A stretch of DNA of 64,000 nt, from positions 134,912,001 to 134,976,000 of the forward strand of contig OX597815.1 of assembly GCA_951406725.2 (NCBI GenBank), given 5' to 3'. Positions 24,835 to 37,602 of this stretch are shown here, piece after piece. Positions within the stretch are counted from its first letter, which is position 1, and every line of letters starts with the position of its first letter. The notes below the pieces were generated by a model. The model was not told where the DNA came from and made no database searches. It worked only from the letters and a program-made list of their open reading frames with translations. Both the position numbers and the translations under genes were made by a program. The stretch comes from Octopus vulgaris (Eukaryota).

Positions 24835-27800
24835 ATGTTATCGTTATCAAATCATCACAGAAAATGTGCATGCTTGTTTATTCATATATATATATATATA
24901 TATATACATACATGTGTGTGTGTGTGTAATTTTCATGCATGTACATGTATTCATTAATATATGATTAATAGTCAACTCCACCAACACATATATAATTTTT
25001 ATATTTATTTTATTGATTGCAGAAGAATTAAATGCAAAATTGACTCTTTTGTATGGTTTGAACTCTTGAACAGTGTGTTCATATACTAGAACATTTCGTT
25101 CAACATTTTAAACTTCATTGTCTCTTTTTACAGTCCTTAATTGCCTGCAAGAAATAACCTTTTGAACTGTAAATCATATCAAAAATTCTCTTTTTTTCTT
25201 TTCTTTTCTTTTCTTTTCTTTTCGTCAATCCTCTCATCGCACACAGCATTTTGATTTAACATCAACCATATATATGTATGTGTGTACATGTTTATGTTTG
25301 TGTCCATATATTCTATTGAAGAAAAATGTTTTATCATTCATTAAATCTTTCAAGTCCATTATAACAGATGGCTCTGTTTTATGCTGTCCATGTCTTAAAA
25401 ACACAGATGAAAATGACTTCATTATTTTACAGGCCACATCTACAGGTACCAAAAAAAAATAATTGACAACTAAATGTGAATATCATGTACTAAAACATTC
25501 TGTTTCTTATACCAAAGTGGCTTAAGCACGTCTTGACTTTTTCAGTCGATTTTGGTTGTGACAGATTTTAATACTTTAATATTCATACAAGTCAAGTGTA
25601 GTCACCACAAGGATAATAATACTTTTACCAAATAACCATAACAAACCTGCAGGAATGTTACTTTTTGTGATAGGAAAAAAAACTTTCTCTAAATCATATA
25701 AGCAGTAACATTTTTATTTCTTAGCTTCATCATTTACTCATGTTGACTTGGATACATAAATATTATTATTATGAAAGTTACATAGTTTAATCTGTTACCA
25801 GTTGTGTTTTAGGTATTGGAATGGTTAATGAAAATCTAGCCGTTTTCTCCTGTACTGAATATCTTTTGATCTGCTCTGATGCAGTATAGAGTCTAGCCAT
25901 TACTGACGCTTTAATGTAAGTTGGTTTCACATCAAAATATCTGTACAAATATGCAAGCACACAGAAATACATACACTGATATGTACACACAAATACAATA
26001 TTTCAAATCAAATGTTTTAGCAAAGTTTTGTTGACAGAATAAAAATTAAAGAATGGTTTAAGCTTTTCAGACTTTTAATCACAGACTGCTTTTGTGTTTC
26101 TATTTTCTACCTCATGTTTTAATTGATATATTCTCTGATTTTTCTTTTGTTGCCCCTATTTCTATAGATATACTTATTCCTTTAACTAAGTTTGAACTCA
26201 GAGATTTTATTTCAACATTGGTATTCCAACATTCATAGCAACTTTGCTACAGTAGTAAACTGCATTAAAATTATGTTCTGAGCTGAAACTCAGAGAAAGG
26301 ATATGTATTTATGTAAAATGTTGTGTATATAGAAATATAATTTCAAGTAATTTCATTATACACCAATCTAAACATACTGTAAAAATGGAAACAAAATATC
26401 TGCAGTTAAGTCTGAAAAACCCAAACTACTTGAGAAATATATAACTCAACTGAAAAGACATTGCAGAAGGTGGAACCTGTAGAGAAATATGAACATGCTA
26501 GAATCTGGTCAGAGAATACCAAACTGTAATATTTTGTAGTTTGTTATAAATAATACATATGTTCACAAAGAAATGAGAAGTGTCATGTGATTTAAAATTA
26601 TTACTTCTTCAACTTAACCCATTCACAACAGCAGTGACAGCCAACACATAAACAAAATTAAAAATTTAGCTTCATGTTTTTTAATTTTTGTTTCTCTCTC
26701 ATTTTTTTTTTCTTTGATCTCCCATCTCTAGTTTGAAAGTATTTTTCATTTTTCTCTCTCTCTTTTTTTTTTTTTTTCAATCTTTCCTGAAATGTAGTCG
26801 ATTGTCTTGTTTTGTTAAAAGTTTGTTTTAAAAATACATAGGAAAATACATCTGATCAAAATCAAAGATCGTGTTGAGAGAGAATGTGAGAATGTGGAGA
26901 CAAGCATGATTTATTGGCGCAAGTATGTTTAGTTTTAGGGAATGAATAAATCCCTTCTTAACAACAGTGTCTGAAAAAGGAGGTACAATTATAACCTATA
27001 TTTTTGAATATTTTTATTGATCGAGGTAGACTGAGGCATATGGAATAGAATGTTGGTTACAAAAGTCCCTTGCATGTGTGTGTACATACACACACATATA
27101 TATATATACACATTCATACACACACACATACATGCACACACACATGCACACACACACATACACATGTCTTAGAAACACAATTCAATAACTAAATCAAGTT
27201 TTGAACCAGAGACCTATGTGATAGTAAGTAATCCAGCAGCCTCAACCAACCACTTAAGGACCGCACCTCTGCAAGACATAGAACTGAGTGATTTTGTGGA
27301 AGACACTGACTATGGAGTGAGATCTACTTACTCACACATGTTTGTTGGTTGATTGACATGCAAGTCGCTGCCACACACAAATGCATAATTACAAGCAAGT
27401 ACACATGCAATAAATGAAAGCATGCCACAACTGTTTGTTTTGAGTTATATTAATAGCTTCGCAAAGAAGCTGGAACTTCCTAAATTTTCATAAAAGCCAG
27501 GACAAAAGCAGACACAGTGGTCTCAAATATTTTTTTTTTTTTTTAATAAAGTAATCTGCAAAGCCTGCATTTATCATATTCCTTTTTTATTGTTCAGGCT
27601 TTTCTTGAGTCAGGAAAGCTTTGATAAAGTTATGCTTTTTGAATTTTTTTTTCTCCTTTGTATACTTTGAATTTACCTAGCTTAAAGGCGTTCTTTCTTT
27701 TATTCTTCTTATTCAAAGAAGTAATTCCTTTAAGTTGAATAACTTTCATTTCAAATTATGCCAGTGTTAGTTCATTGGAAATAGACCTATATTTCCACTA

Positions 27801-30800
27801 GTGAAGTCACCACCACTGACCACATGACCACATAAACTGACCAATGACATTTGAACTGGAGAACATGTGACATGTAATATATGAATTAAATTGTTGCATG
27901 ATGGACATGTCAGGTGTGAAATTCTGTAGATGAAGGAAACTTAAAAGAAATAATTGTGTATTTATGTATATGTGCGTATTTTGCATGTATACTATCTCAT
28001 AGAGAAACAGAAAAGAAGGATCAGACGGTGGAAGGGCAACTTAAAATATTTTCAGAACAAGTTACAATGGTGCAGTCATACAGTATTGATATATACAAAC
28101 ATACACTCTCATACAAATACACTGAAAATAAATGCAATATAAATCCTGTTATAATGTCATTGCAGGGTATTTGGGAGAGAGTAGTGAGAAAAAGAGCCTC
28201 ATTAGATTTTTTTTTTTTTACTTCTGATCTTATATTGCTGCTCATCGATGTATTCTATACTGGCCTGTAAATTTCTCTTTTAATTCTAGAAATTTATTCA
28301 ATAAAAGAGAAATTTATTCAATGAAAGAGAAATTTATTTCTAACAAACAAAAAAAGAAAAAACAGGTTCTATGATTGGGTTTTTAGGCAACAGTAACTGT
28401 ATAGTTACATTTGTGCTAAACTTTTAGAACGTTAATTTATAATCTGAATATGTTGAATTCTTGCCTCTTATGGGGTGGGGGTCAGTGTATCTGGTTGCTA
28501 GTCTCTTATATCTATGTATGAGTAAAAGATACAAATGAAGTTGTACTGATGAAGGATGGAAAAAAATTACCATCTGGTAGTGGTGGTGATGGTACTTAAC
28601 CATTTCTGCCTCACTATTCCACTGCACAAACTATTTGGAAACATTGATGAAAACTTAATGGTAGTTCTGTTTGGTAAGTGGATTTACTTGATACAGAGGA
28701 GGTAACATTTGAAGTATGCCAAGAATCTTTTAAAATAACTGTGTGGGCAAGAGTGGCACTAGTGCATTCTTTAAAGAGAAATATTTTAATGATAACAACA
28801 ATAATAATGATTTCTAACTTTGTCACAAGGGAATATAATTTGAGGGAGGGGTATAATCAATTAAATCAATACCAGTGCTTATTTAATACTCACAACATTG
28901 ATTGTGGATAAATGAAAGCAAAAAAAAAAAAGGACTTGATACTGAACAAATTATTTTGTCTGTCATTCTACCAATCCTGTTTCATACCATCCTAGACGAT
29001 GATAATGATTGCTTCTGATTTAGACCACAAAGTCAACAATTCTAAGAAGAGATGGGGATACATGACTTATTTTATCAACATTGGAATGATGGGAGGCTGA
29101 GTTGAACATTGTAGTATTTGAACTCAATAATTCTTTCAAATTTTTGGCAGAAGGCCAACAGTTTTGAGGAAGCAGGACAAGTTAATTATATTGACTCCAG
29201 TGTTTCACTGGTGTTTATTCAATCAACCCTGAAAGTATAGAAAATAAAGTCAACCTTGGCAGAATTCAAACTCAGAACATAATGAGTAGGAAGAAATACC
29301 ACAAAGAATTTTGTCCAATACTTCAACAATAATACTAGCTCAACACCTTATCAACAACAACAACAACAACAACAATAATGATAATTATAATAGCAACAAC
29401 AAACCATAATAGTTATTTTTTTTTTGCTCTTTGTATGAACAGTATATATACTGGAAAATGAATAGGTTTCTTTGCAGCAAATCTGAAGATTTAAACAGAA
29501 AGTACTTCCCTAACAATAGTAAGCCATATCAACCAATGTAAATGTAGACTTCTTTAAAAAACTAGTATTTAGAATTGTTTCTGCTTGTTTTTAAGAAATT
29601 AACTTAATTGGTATTATATTTCATTATGTGAGGGCTCTAATCAAAAACCATCAATTTAAGAATTATTCCTTAAGGGTAACATTGTGGCCTTTGTAAAAAA
29701 AACTGACAGTGTATTGTAAGATATGCTTGCGATTCTGTATCATCAACCATAGTATCAGGTCTTCTGTTCCAAGAGCGTTAATGCTTTTTTTTTAAATTGC
29801 TTCTTGACTATAATTTTCAGCTGCTAACCAAGAGGGACTCTGTCTTCTTCCCACCAATTCAACATTTTACAGTTTCTCAAACAATTAATCAAATTCCTAA
29901 CATAAGATAAATTCATGTTTTATAAAGTGATGAAAGATCTTACTTTCTGGCAGGACCCCTGTTCTCTTTCTTAAGCAAGTTTGTATTAAATGCATGTTTT
30001 TTGGGTAGCCATTAGATTATTTCTTCCTTCACATCTTTCAATAATCAGTTCTAGGATTCACTTGCCTTTACATTTTGTTTCTCTCTCTCTCAAATATTTT
30101 TTTTTGTATTTGGTTTCCATTTTAATTGTGCTTTATAGAGTCTCAGTGCTAGATACTACTTAAAGGAATAATAATCTGCTTATATGCTATGAAAATTCTT
30201 TTTATTACACATCAGCAAACGTTTGTTAACCCTCTTTCTCTAGTTTTCTAGTCATATCATGGATGTTACAGAGAAACACAGGTAAAATTTTCCATTGATC
30301 ACATTAATGAAGTTATGGCTTGAGTTTTGGCTAAAATATTTCCTCAACTCTTTAGATTTTGCAAAGGATTCTTGCAGAATAAAGGACGGCAGTTATTGGC
30401 AATTCCATTTTCTAAATTTAAATTCCAACTTCTTTCAATTTCTTAATTAAATATTTCGGTGTTGTTCCTTCTCTTATTATAACAGATGACATTTATTTAC
30501 ATGTCACTGATTTTTCTCAATTTTCTGGCCAAATTGTTGTTGTTGTCATCATCATTATCAAAATTATCTATCAATGATTTCTCCTTAATTCTGGATAACT
30601 GCTGGCCTGCATTGTTAGAGAAAAATTATCCTTGGGTTCCACACTCATATTCTGCTTCATATTAGCTATTTTATAGATTTTTTGTAGTATAAAGGTTGTG
30701 CCAATGTCAAACTTGTGCATAATATGTAATGGAAGTCTCTGGAAAATTTCCATGTCATCTCTTTAGTGACAGTTTATTACCATTATTCATGTAATTACAA

Positions 30801-31224
30801 TGTTATCTGCAACAGTATCAGCTTCAATTTACACCTGGTATTGCATGAGTTTCACCAACCCTCCAACTTTGCAAAATATTTCAGTAAATTGTTGGAGCAG
30901 CTGTTTCCAGTTTGATGGTTTGTCAACATTATATATATATATGTTAGGGTCGCATAACATAGGAAAACATCTAATTATTGAATGCCCAGTGGATAACTGA
31001 AATTGCTATGGTTCATTATTATATTTCAGTGAAGTTGAATTTCAGTCCAGTGTAATATATACGTGAGTGTGCAAGAAAGGAATATTTTGTATTTTGGTGT
31101 ATAAAGACATGAGCACATATACATAAGAATGTTTATATCTGTCTTTATGTGTGAATATATATCTGCATATGATGGACTCTCCCATCGAAGATGACATATG
31201 AACTTTATTGTCAAATGACCTGCA

Positions 31225-31445
31225 CAAATGATCTGTTTATAGTGATCAAGAGTATGTGCTGTACATTAGCTCACTGTTCTCCATCAAATTTATGTTGCCT
31301 GAAGAGGTGCACGGTATGCCATGCATCAGGTGTTGAAGTGATTGCAGAGCAATTTGGGAGGAAGTGTTTTGCTCCAGAACACAACGTGCCACCCGGACTA
31401 GGAACTGAAACCATGATATTGCAATCATGAGTGCAACACCCCAAC
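31225..31445 (-). mobile_element. Diverged tRNA-derived SINE with CORE-like domain
   Basis: GAAGTGTTTTGCTCCAGAACACAACG...GGAACTGAAACCATGATATTGCAATCATGAGTGCAACACCCCAAC is the reverse complement of a tRNA head plus a GTGTTCTGGAGCAAAACACTT core. Confidence 0.55.
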
Positions 31446-31737
31446 TACCTGTATGTATACACAGACAAACTCATACACACAGACACACAAACATATATAC
31501 GGGGTTGGCCAAAAGTCACCTGACAGTAAAAAAAAACCCATTTAATTCCAAGATTAAAACAAAAAATTATTTTACAAAGACAGATGTTGTAGAAAAAAAC
31601 GGTGATTTTTAACTCACAACATTCAATTATTAAACATTCATAATTGGAAAGAATAAATAAAATTGAATATTAAGTATTTCTAAATATAGATTAACTATCG
31701 GGTGACAGTTAAACTATATTAATCTATATATAATCTG

Positions 31738-31793
<56 letters not shown>

Positions 31794-31955
31794 CACACAT
31801 ATATACATATATATATACATACATATATACATATATATATACATACATATATTGATATATATATAAACACATATATATATATACATACATACATATATAT
31901 ATATACATACATATATATATATATATACATACATATATATATATACATACATATG

Positions 31956-32028
31956 CGAGCTCCCCAGGATACGAACCTGGAATCTTCTGATCCGTAGTCA
32001 GACACGTTATCCATTGCGCCACGAGCCC
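31956..32028 (-). tRNA. tRNA-Arg-ACG: tRNA-Arg(ACG), probably a pseudogene
   Basis: The rc GGGCTCGTGGCGCAATGGATAACGTGTCTGACTACGGATCAGAAGATTCCAGGTTCGTATCCTGGGGAGCTCG (73 nt) is very close to the metazoan Arg-ACG tRNA. It has a G7:G66 mismatch, T in place of A58 and no oligo-T terminator. Confidence 0.9.
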
Positions 32029-32104
32029 TAACCGATGGTTTGGACTCACAATATACATATACATATATATATATACAAATATATACATATATATATACAT
32101 ATAT

Positions 32105-32151
<47 letters not shown>

Positions 32152-32302
32152 CATTTCAGTAAAACAATTAAGATTCAAATGAATTCCAATGAATTCAAAT
32201 GAATGCGGTACTTAACTTAGATGCACCAGAAATCTTTATGGTATTAACCATAAAATAATGTGGGGTGATTATAAACAGGAAAAAAGCAACAAGAATGGAT
32301 TA

Positions 32303-32398
32303 GTTGTTCAGTACAATTGTTTCATACGAAGAACAGATTTATTTAAAGCTGCAAATATTGCAGTAAATACAAGTGTCCCTTATTCATCAGCCAAAACA
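32303..32398 (-). ncRNA. Type I hammerhead ribozyme motif (left arm of the inverted repeat)
   Basis: rc CTGATGA (32390-32384), stem II ATAAG/CGTAT with one mismatch, GAAAC-AATT-GTA. Confidence 0.6.
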
Positions 32399-32899
32399 CA
32401 TGAGTTTTCCAAACATCCTAGGGAGTGAGGCTACACTCATGAAGTATCGAAGACAGTTCTATGAAAAGCAAAGTTAGGTTGTAAGCAGACTTAAAATGTT
32501 TTCTAATGATGCACAGTTTTATAAAAGTTTTTAAAAAGATTGTTAGCTTCTCAGAAAAGGTAAATCCATCCAGCAACAACTTAGTTTGTGAAATGAATAG
32601 ATGTGTGATCAACATCTTTTCCTCATATATCAGGAAATTACATCTACATTATTATGGATACATTCATCTTCTCTGTGAATAAAATTTTTCCTCATATCTC
32701 CAGAAATTACACCTGCATTATTATGGATGGATTTACCTTTTCTGAAAAGCTAACAATCTTTTTAAAAACCTTTTATAAAACTGTGCATCATTAGAAAACA
32801 ATTTAAGTCTGCTTACAACCTAACTTTGCTTTTCATAGTACTCTCTTCGATACTTCATGAGTGTAGCCTCACTCCCTAGGATGTTTGGAAAACTCATAT

Positions 32900-32996
32900 G
32901 TGTTTTGGCTGATGAATACGGGACACTTGTATTTACTGCAATATTTGCAGCTTTAAATAAATCTGTTCTTCGTATGAAACAATTGTACTGAACAAC
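32900..32996 (+). ncRNA. Type I hammerhead ribozyme motif (right arm of the inverted repeat)
   Basis: CTGATGA at 32909-32915; stem II ATACG/CGTAT extended by GGACA/TGTTC, TATTTA/TAAATA and CTGCAA/TTGCAG; GAAAC at 32976-32980; AC-AATT-GT stem III; GUA; weak GU-rich stem I. Confidence 0.7.
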
Positions 32997-33092
32997 TAAT
33001 CCATTCTTGTTGCTTTTTTCCTGTTTATATATACATACATATACATATATATATATATACACATACATATACATATATATACATATACATAC

Positions 33093-33131
<39 letters not shown>

Positions 33132-33256
33132 TGTATACATATATGCATATATATATATATACATATATGTATACATACATATATGTATACATACATATAT
33201 ACATGTATACATATATACATATATATATGTATACATATATACATATACATATATGT

Positions 33257-33660
33257 AGGCGTAGGAGTGGCTGTGTAGTATGTAGCTTGCATACCAACCA
33301 CTTGGTTCTGGGATCGTTCCCACTGCGTGGCACCTTGGGCAAGTATCTTCTACTATACCCTCGGACCGACCAAAACCTTGTGAGAGGATTTGGTGGACGG
33401 AAACTGAAAGAAGCGCGGCGTATATAAGTATATATATATATAAAATTTGTGTATGTTTGTGTGTGTTTGTGCCCCTAAAATCGCTTGACACCCGATGATG
33501 GTGTGTTTACATCCCCATAACTTAGGGCTTCAGCGAAAGAGACTGATAGAATAAGTACAAGGCTTACAACAAATAAATCCTGGGGTTGTTTTGCTCGACT
33601 AAAGGTGGTGCTCCAGTATGGCCACAGTTAAATGACTGAAACAAGTAAACGAGAGAAAGA
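33257..33660 (+). mobile_element. SINE family A, full length
   Basis: Head GGCGTAGGAGTGGCTGTGTAG..., internal TA/TG run, tail GGTGGTGCTCCAGTATGGCCACAGTTAAATGACTGAAACAAG. Confidence 0.88.
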
Positions 33661-33884
33661 GAGAGTATACATATATATACATGTATAATATATATATATA
33701 TATATATAATTTATACATCTATATATATACATCTATATATATATATCTATATATATATACATCTATATATATACATCTATATATACACATCTATATATAT
33801 ATACATCTATATATATATATACATCTATATATATACATATATATAGATACATATATATATATGTAGATATATAGAGATACATAT

Positions 33885-34430
33885 AAAACTTGGATAAAAC
33901 TAAGATATGTTTCGACCAAAGATTGGTCCAGGTCATGTCTAACTTAATAGCACCACCTGATACGATTTTCTAAATCCCGTTGAAGTCAAGTTTTGTTTAT
34001 GGTCCATTCAAGTTGTGAGTTCTTGTTGGGTGGCTTATCCGGAATTCCTTGAAGAAATCTATCCAGACTCCGTTTAAAGTTGATGGGATCCTTTTCCTCT
34101 TTGATCTCTTTCGGGACAATGTTAAACAAGGCAGTGCCTGTTGAGGAAAAGAAACTATGTTGCAGTGTACCTATATGCTGTGATCCTGAATTGGGCAGGG
34201 GACGTATAGCCCCTTGGTCCCAGCCTTGGATGAACCTTGAAACTGATGTTCAGGTCGTTTGGGCAAAGTTGGCGGTATATTCTCCACATCGTACAAATGA
34301 TGTACCACTCGCGGCGGCGCTGGAGCGAGTATTGTTTAGGTTTTAAGGCTGTCCCAATAATCGAGAGCAGCCATGCCTTCAATTCGTTTAGTGAATGCTC
34401 TCTGGGTTGATTCAATCCTTGAGATGAATC
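33885..34430 (-). mobile_element. CR1-group LINE 3' end (second family)
   Basis: YSLQRRREWYIICTMWRIY..CPNDLNISFKVHPRLGPR...GTALFNIVPKEIK...FKRSLDRFLQGIPDKP. Confidence 0.8.
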
Positions 34431-34716
34431 ATATATAAAAAACATATATATATATACATATATATACATGTATTATATACATATACACTAATACATGTAT
34501 TATATATATGCATGTATGTATATATATATATATAAATACATATACATACATGTATTATGTATATATATATACATATACATACATGTATTATATATATATA
34601 TATATACATACATGTATTATATATATATATATACATACATGTGTTATATACATATATACATGTATTATACATATATATATATATACATGTATTATATATA
34701 TATACATACATGTATT

Positions 34717-34769
<53 letters not shown>

Positions 34770-34780
34770 CATATATATAT

Positions 34781-35080
34781 CACCGTGACCGACCAGGCTA
34801 TCAGATGTTGCTACATATCGCTGGTCACAATGCGCTTCGCATTGTTTTAGCCTTCAAATGACGCCACCCCGCTGGCTAAGCGAGTAGGCCAACAGAAGAA
34901 AGAGTGAGAGAAAGTTGCGGCGAAAGAGTACAGCAGGGATCGCCACCACCCACTGCTGGAGCCTCATGGAGCTTTAGGTGTTTTTCGCTCAATAAACACT
35001 CACAACGCGCGGTCTGGGAATCGAAACCGCGATCCTATGACCGCGAGTCCGCTGCCCTAACCACTGGGCCATTGCGCCTC
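34781..35080 (-). mobile_element. Young tRNA-derived SINE, family C
   Basis: The rc head GGAGGCGCAATGGCCCAGTGGTTAGGGCAGCGGACTCGCGGTCATAGGATCGCGGTTTCGATTCCC carries A and B boxes. CpG-rich and embedded in TA/CA repeats. Confidence 0.8.
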
Positions 35081-35114
<34 letters not shown>

Positions 35115-35284
35115 ATGTCCAACTTTGATTTAAAAACCCCTATATCTACTTTGTGCAAGTTCCTCAGAACTTGTATATATATATTTATATCATCATATAT
35201 ATGATGATATAAATATATATATATACAATTTCTGAGGAACTTGCACAAAGTAGATATAGGGGGTTTTAAATCAAAGTTGGACAT
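35115..35284. repeat. ~170-bp near-perfect spacerless palindrome
   Basis: Centre CATCATATATATGATG (35191-35206); the arms differ by two substitutions and one TA unit. Confidence 0.93.
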
Positions 35285-35450
35285 CTTCCTGTCGCGAGTT
35301 CCAGATGAGCCTACGTCACGGCAAGAGGTGCAAATGCGGGTAGCTATATCAAGCTCCATTGTTCATTAAGTGCCACATATTAGAGGAGGATCCTAGTAAT
35401 AACAGTGTAGCACAAAATGGCGGTGCATCAGCATGATGAAACTTTAAAAA
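35231..35450 (+). mobile_element. CR1-group LINE 3' end
   Basis: [42 protein letters not shown] plus the 3' UTR. Confidence 0.85.
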
Positions 35451-35487
35451 AAAATAATATATATATACATTTTCTTCTCTCTAGTTT

Positions 35488-35915
35488 GAGAGATGTGTGA
35501 AGAAGTGCCTCTCCCAAACAGTTGAAGGAATCTGGAGTAGAGGTAGACCCAGGATGACATGGGATGAGGTGGTCAAGCATGACCTTCAAACGTTGGGCTT
35601 CACAGAGGCAATGACGAAAGACCGAGACCTCTGGAGATACGCTGTGACTGCAATGACCCGATAAATAAAGTGAGTTCATGCCTGTATCCTACACCAGCTT
35701 CACTCAACCACCCCACCCAATTCAAAGTACTTGGATCGTAGGATAGACTGCTGTGCTTACCTTCAATCGTAGGGCGACCTGCTGTGCTTGAGGAAACCTT
35801 TGAGAGAAGTACATAACATCAAAATAAATATCAAATGGAAATTGTAGTTGTGATACCCGTTTCGGTGGCACGCAAGAAGCAACATGCGAACGTGACCGAT
35901 GCCAGCGCCGCCTTG
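35488..35915 (+). mobile_element. RTE LINE ORF end and 3' UTR fragment
   Basis: RCVKKCLSQTVEGIWSRGRPRMTWDEVVKHDLQTLGFTEAMTKDRDLWRYAV; near-identical to the reverse complement of 38937-39364. Confidence 0.88.
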
Positions 35916-36594
35916 TAAAACAATGTCTTCACAGTTATCTAAAAGAATTTCTAATCATTACTCAAAATTTAGGGATAGGAATAAACGTAACAGTACAGGG
36001 CTTAGTAAATTAATTTGGGATCTAAATGACCACAATAAACAATTTAATTTAGATTGGTTGATTCTCTCAATTTCGATACCTTGTGGAAAAGTTAAGGAAT
36101 TCTGTCTTCTCTGTAATTCTGAACTATTTTTTGATATTTTTTCTAAAAATCCCCTAGTAAACACGGTTATAGAGCGTGCATACCGATGTAAACATTGGCA
36201 GAAACACACCTTTAGTTCATATAAGTGATTTCTATCATTATATATAATTTAAACATTAATTTTTTTCTTACATTTTACATTCACTAGATTTATATTTTTC
36301 CTAGTCTATAAGGTTTTAGTTTTTCTTTACTTTATGCTCCCTCTTTCTACAGGCTACAACTGACGTTATATCCTATAACCTTTTTTTTTAAACGATATTA
36401 ATAGCGTTCAGTTAATCACTATACATATCCACCATTTTCTGTTAAAATGTCTTATTGACGAGTTTCATTTCTTCACTTCCCTGAAGAGAAGATTACATTA
36501 TTTTACACCATTTTATTCCTATGAAATAATACCAGTGATATCTTCGAAACATGCGTCGGAAGAAAAAGAATTTGAATAACACCTACGTTTAAAT

Positions 36595-36598
<4 letters not shown>
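35916..36598 (+). mobile_element. Penelope-like element 3' end (GIY-YIG C-terminus plus pLTR)
   Basis: KRISNHYSKFRDRNKRNSTGLSKLIWDL...FNLDWLIL...CLLCNSELFF...N...RCKH resembles the C-terminal half of a PLE endonuclease, and an HHR follows. Confidence 0.85.
36476..36562 (+). ncRNA. Type I hammerhead ribozyme, intact consensus
   Basis: Stem I CTTCC/GGAAG; CTGAAGA at 36481-36487; stem II GAAGAT/ATCTTC; GAAAC at 36546-36550; stem III AC-ATGC-GT; GUC cleavage triplet at 36555-36557. Confidence 0.85.
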
Positions 36599-36635
<37 letters not shown>

Positions 36636-37142
36636 TTATTTATTTATTTATTTATTTATTTATATATAAATTTATATATTTATATATATATATGTATGTA
36701 TATTTATATATAGATATATTATGTATATTTATATATATATATATATTATGTATAGTTGTATATATATTATGTATATTTATATATATATATATTATGTATA
36801 TTTATATATATATATATTATGTATATTTATATATATATGTATGTATATTTATATATATATATATTATGTATATTTATATATATATATATTATGTATATTT
36901 ATATATATATGTATGTATATTTATATATATATATGTATGTATATTTATATATATATATATATATATTATATGTTTATTTATATATAAATTTATATATTTA
37001 TATATATATGTATGTATATTTATATATATTATATTATGTATATATATTATATATTTTTATATATATATTATGTATATTTATATATATATATGTATGTATA
37101 TTTATATATATATATATGTATGTATATTTATATATGTATTTA

Positions 37143-37191
<49 letters not shown>

Positions 37192-37212
37192 TATATTTAT
37201 ATTATTATATAT
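36599..37212. repeat. AT-rich minisatellite, (TATGTATATTTA(TA)n)-type
   Basis: Seen directly. Confidence 0.9.
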
Positions 37213-37575
37213 AACTGGGCGCCACTGCATAGTGCCAAGGACTCCAAATTTGCTATCAAGATGTAGGACAAGATACTGCAATAGCCTGGTCTTCAGAGAT
37301 CCACAGCTCTTCAATATTATCCCGAAGGACCTTAAAAACTTGCATGGGGTGGCTGTAGGCGTCCTCAAAATAAAGTTGAATGTCTTCTTGTCTGGTGTCT
37401 CAGATGAACCAACTTCGCGGCAGGAGGTGCAGATGAGGGCAGCTGCATCAAACTCTCTCATGCACCAAAAAAGTCGTTAAAAAGCACTCATGAAGTAAAA
37501 TTATGTAGCAGCACCAAATGGCAGTACCCCAGCTTGGCCACAGGTCGTGAGCTGAAAGTAGATGAAATGAACATA
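37213..37575 (+). mobile_element. CR1-group LINE 3' end
   Basis: [11 protein letters not shown]...[62 protein letters not shown] plus tail. Confidence 0.85.
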
Positions 37576-37602
37576 AAATAAAATAAATAAAAATATACAT
37601 AT

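Larger units (their letters stand above)
32270..33029. repeat. ~303-bp inverted repeat (arms 32270-32572 and 32724-33029), likely inverted PLE pLTRs
   Basis: The arms are near-perfect reverse complements; the ~150-bp spacer contains a degenerate ~55-bp direct repeat. Confidence 0.93.

Noticed and set aside
35005-35080. Genuine tRNA gene
   Set aside because: It has A and B boxes but no proper acceptor stem and continues into a SINE body.
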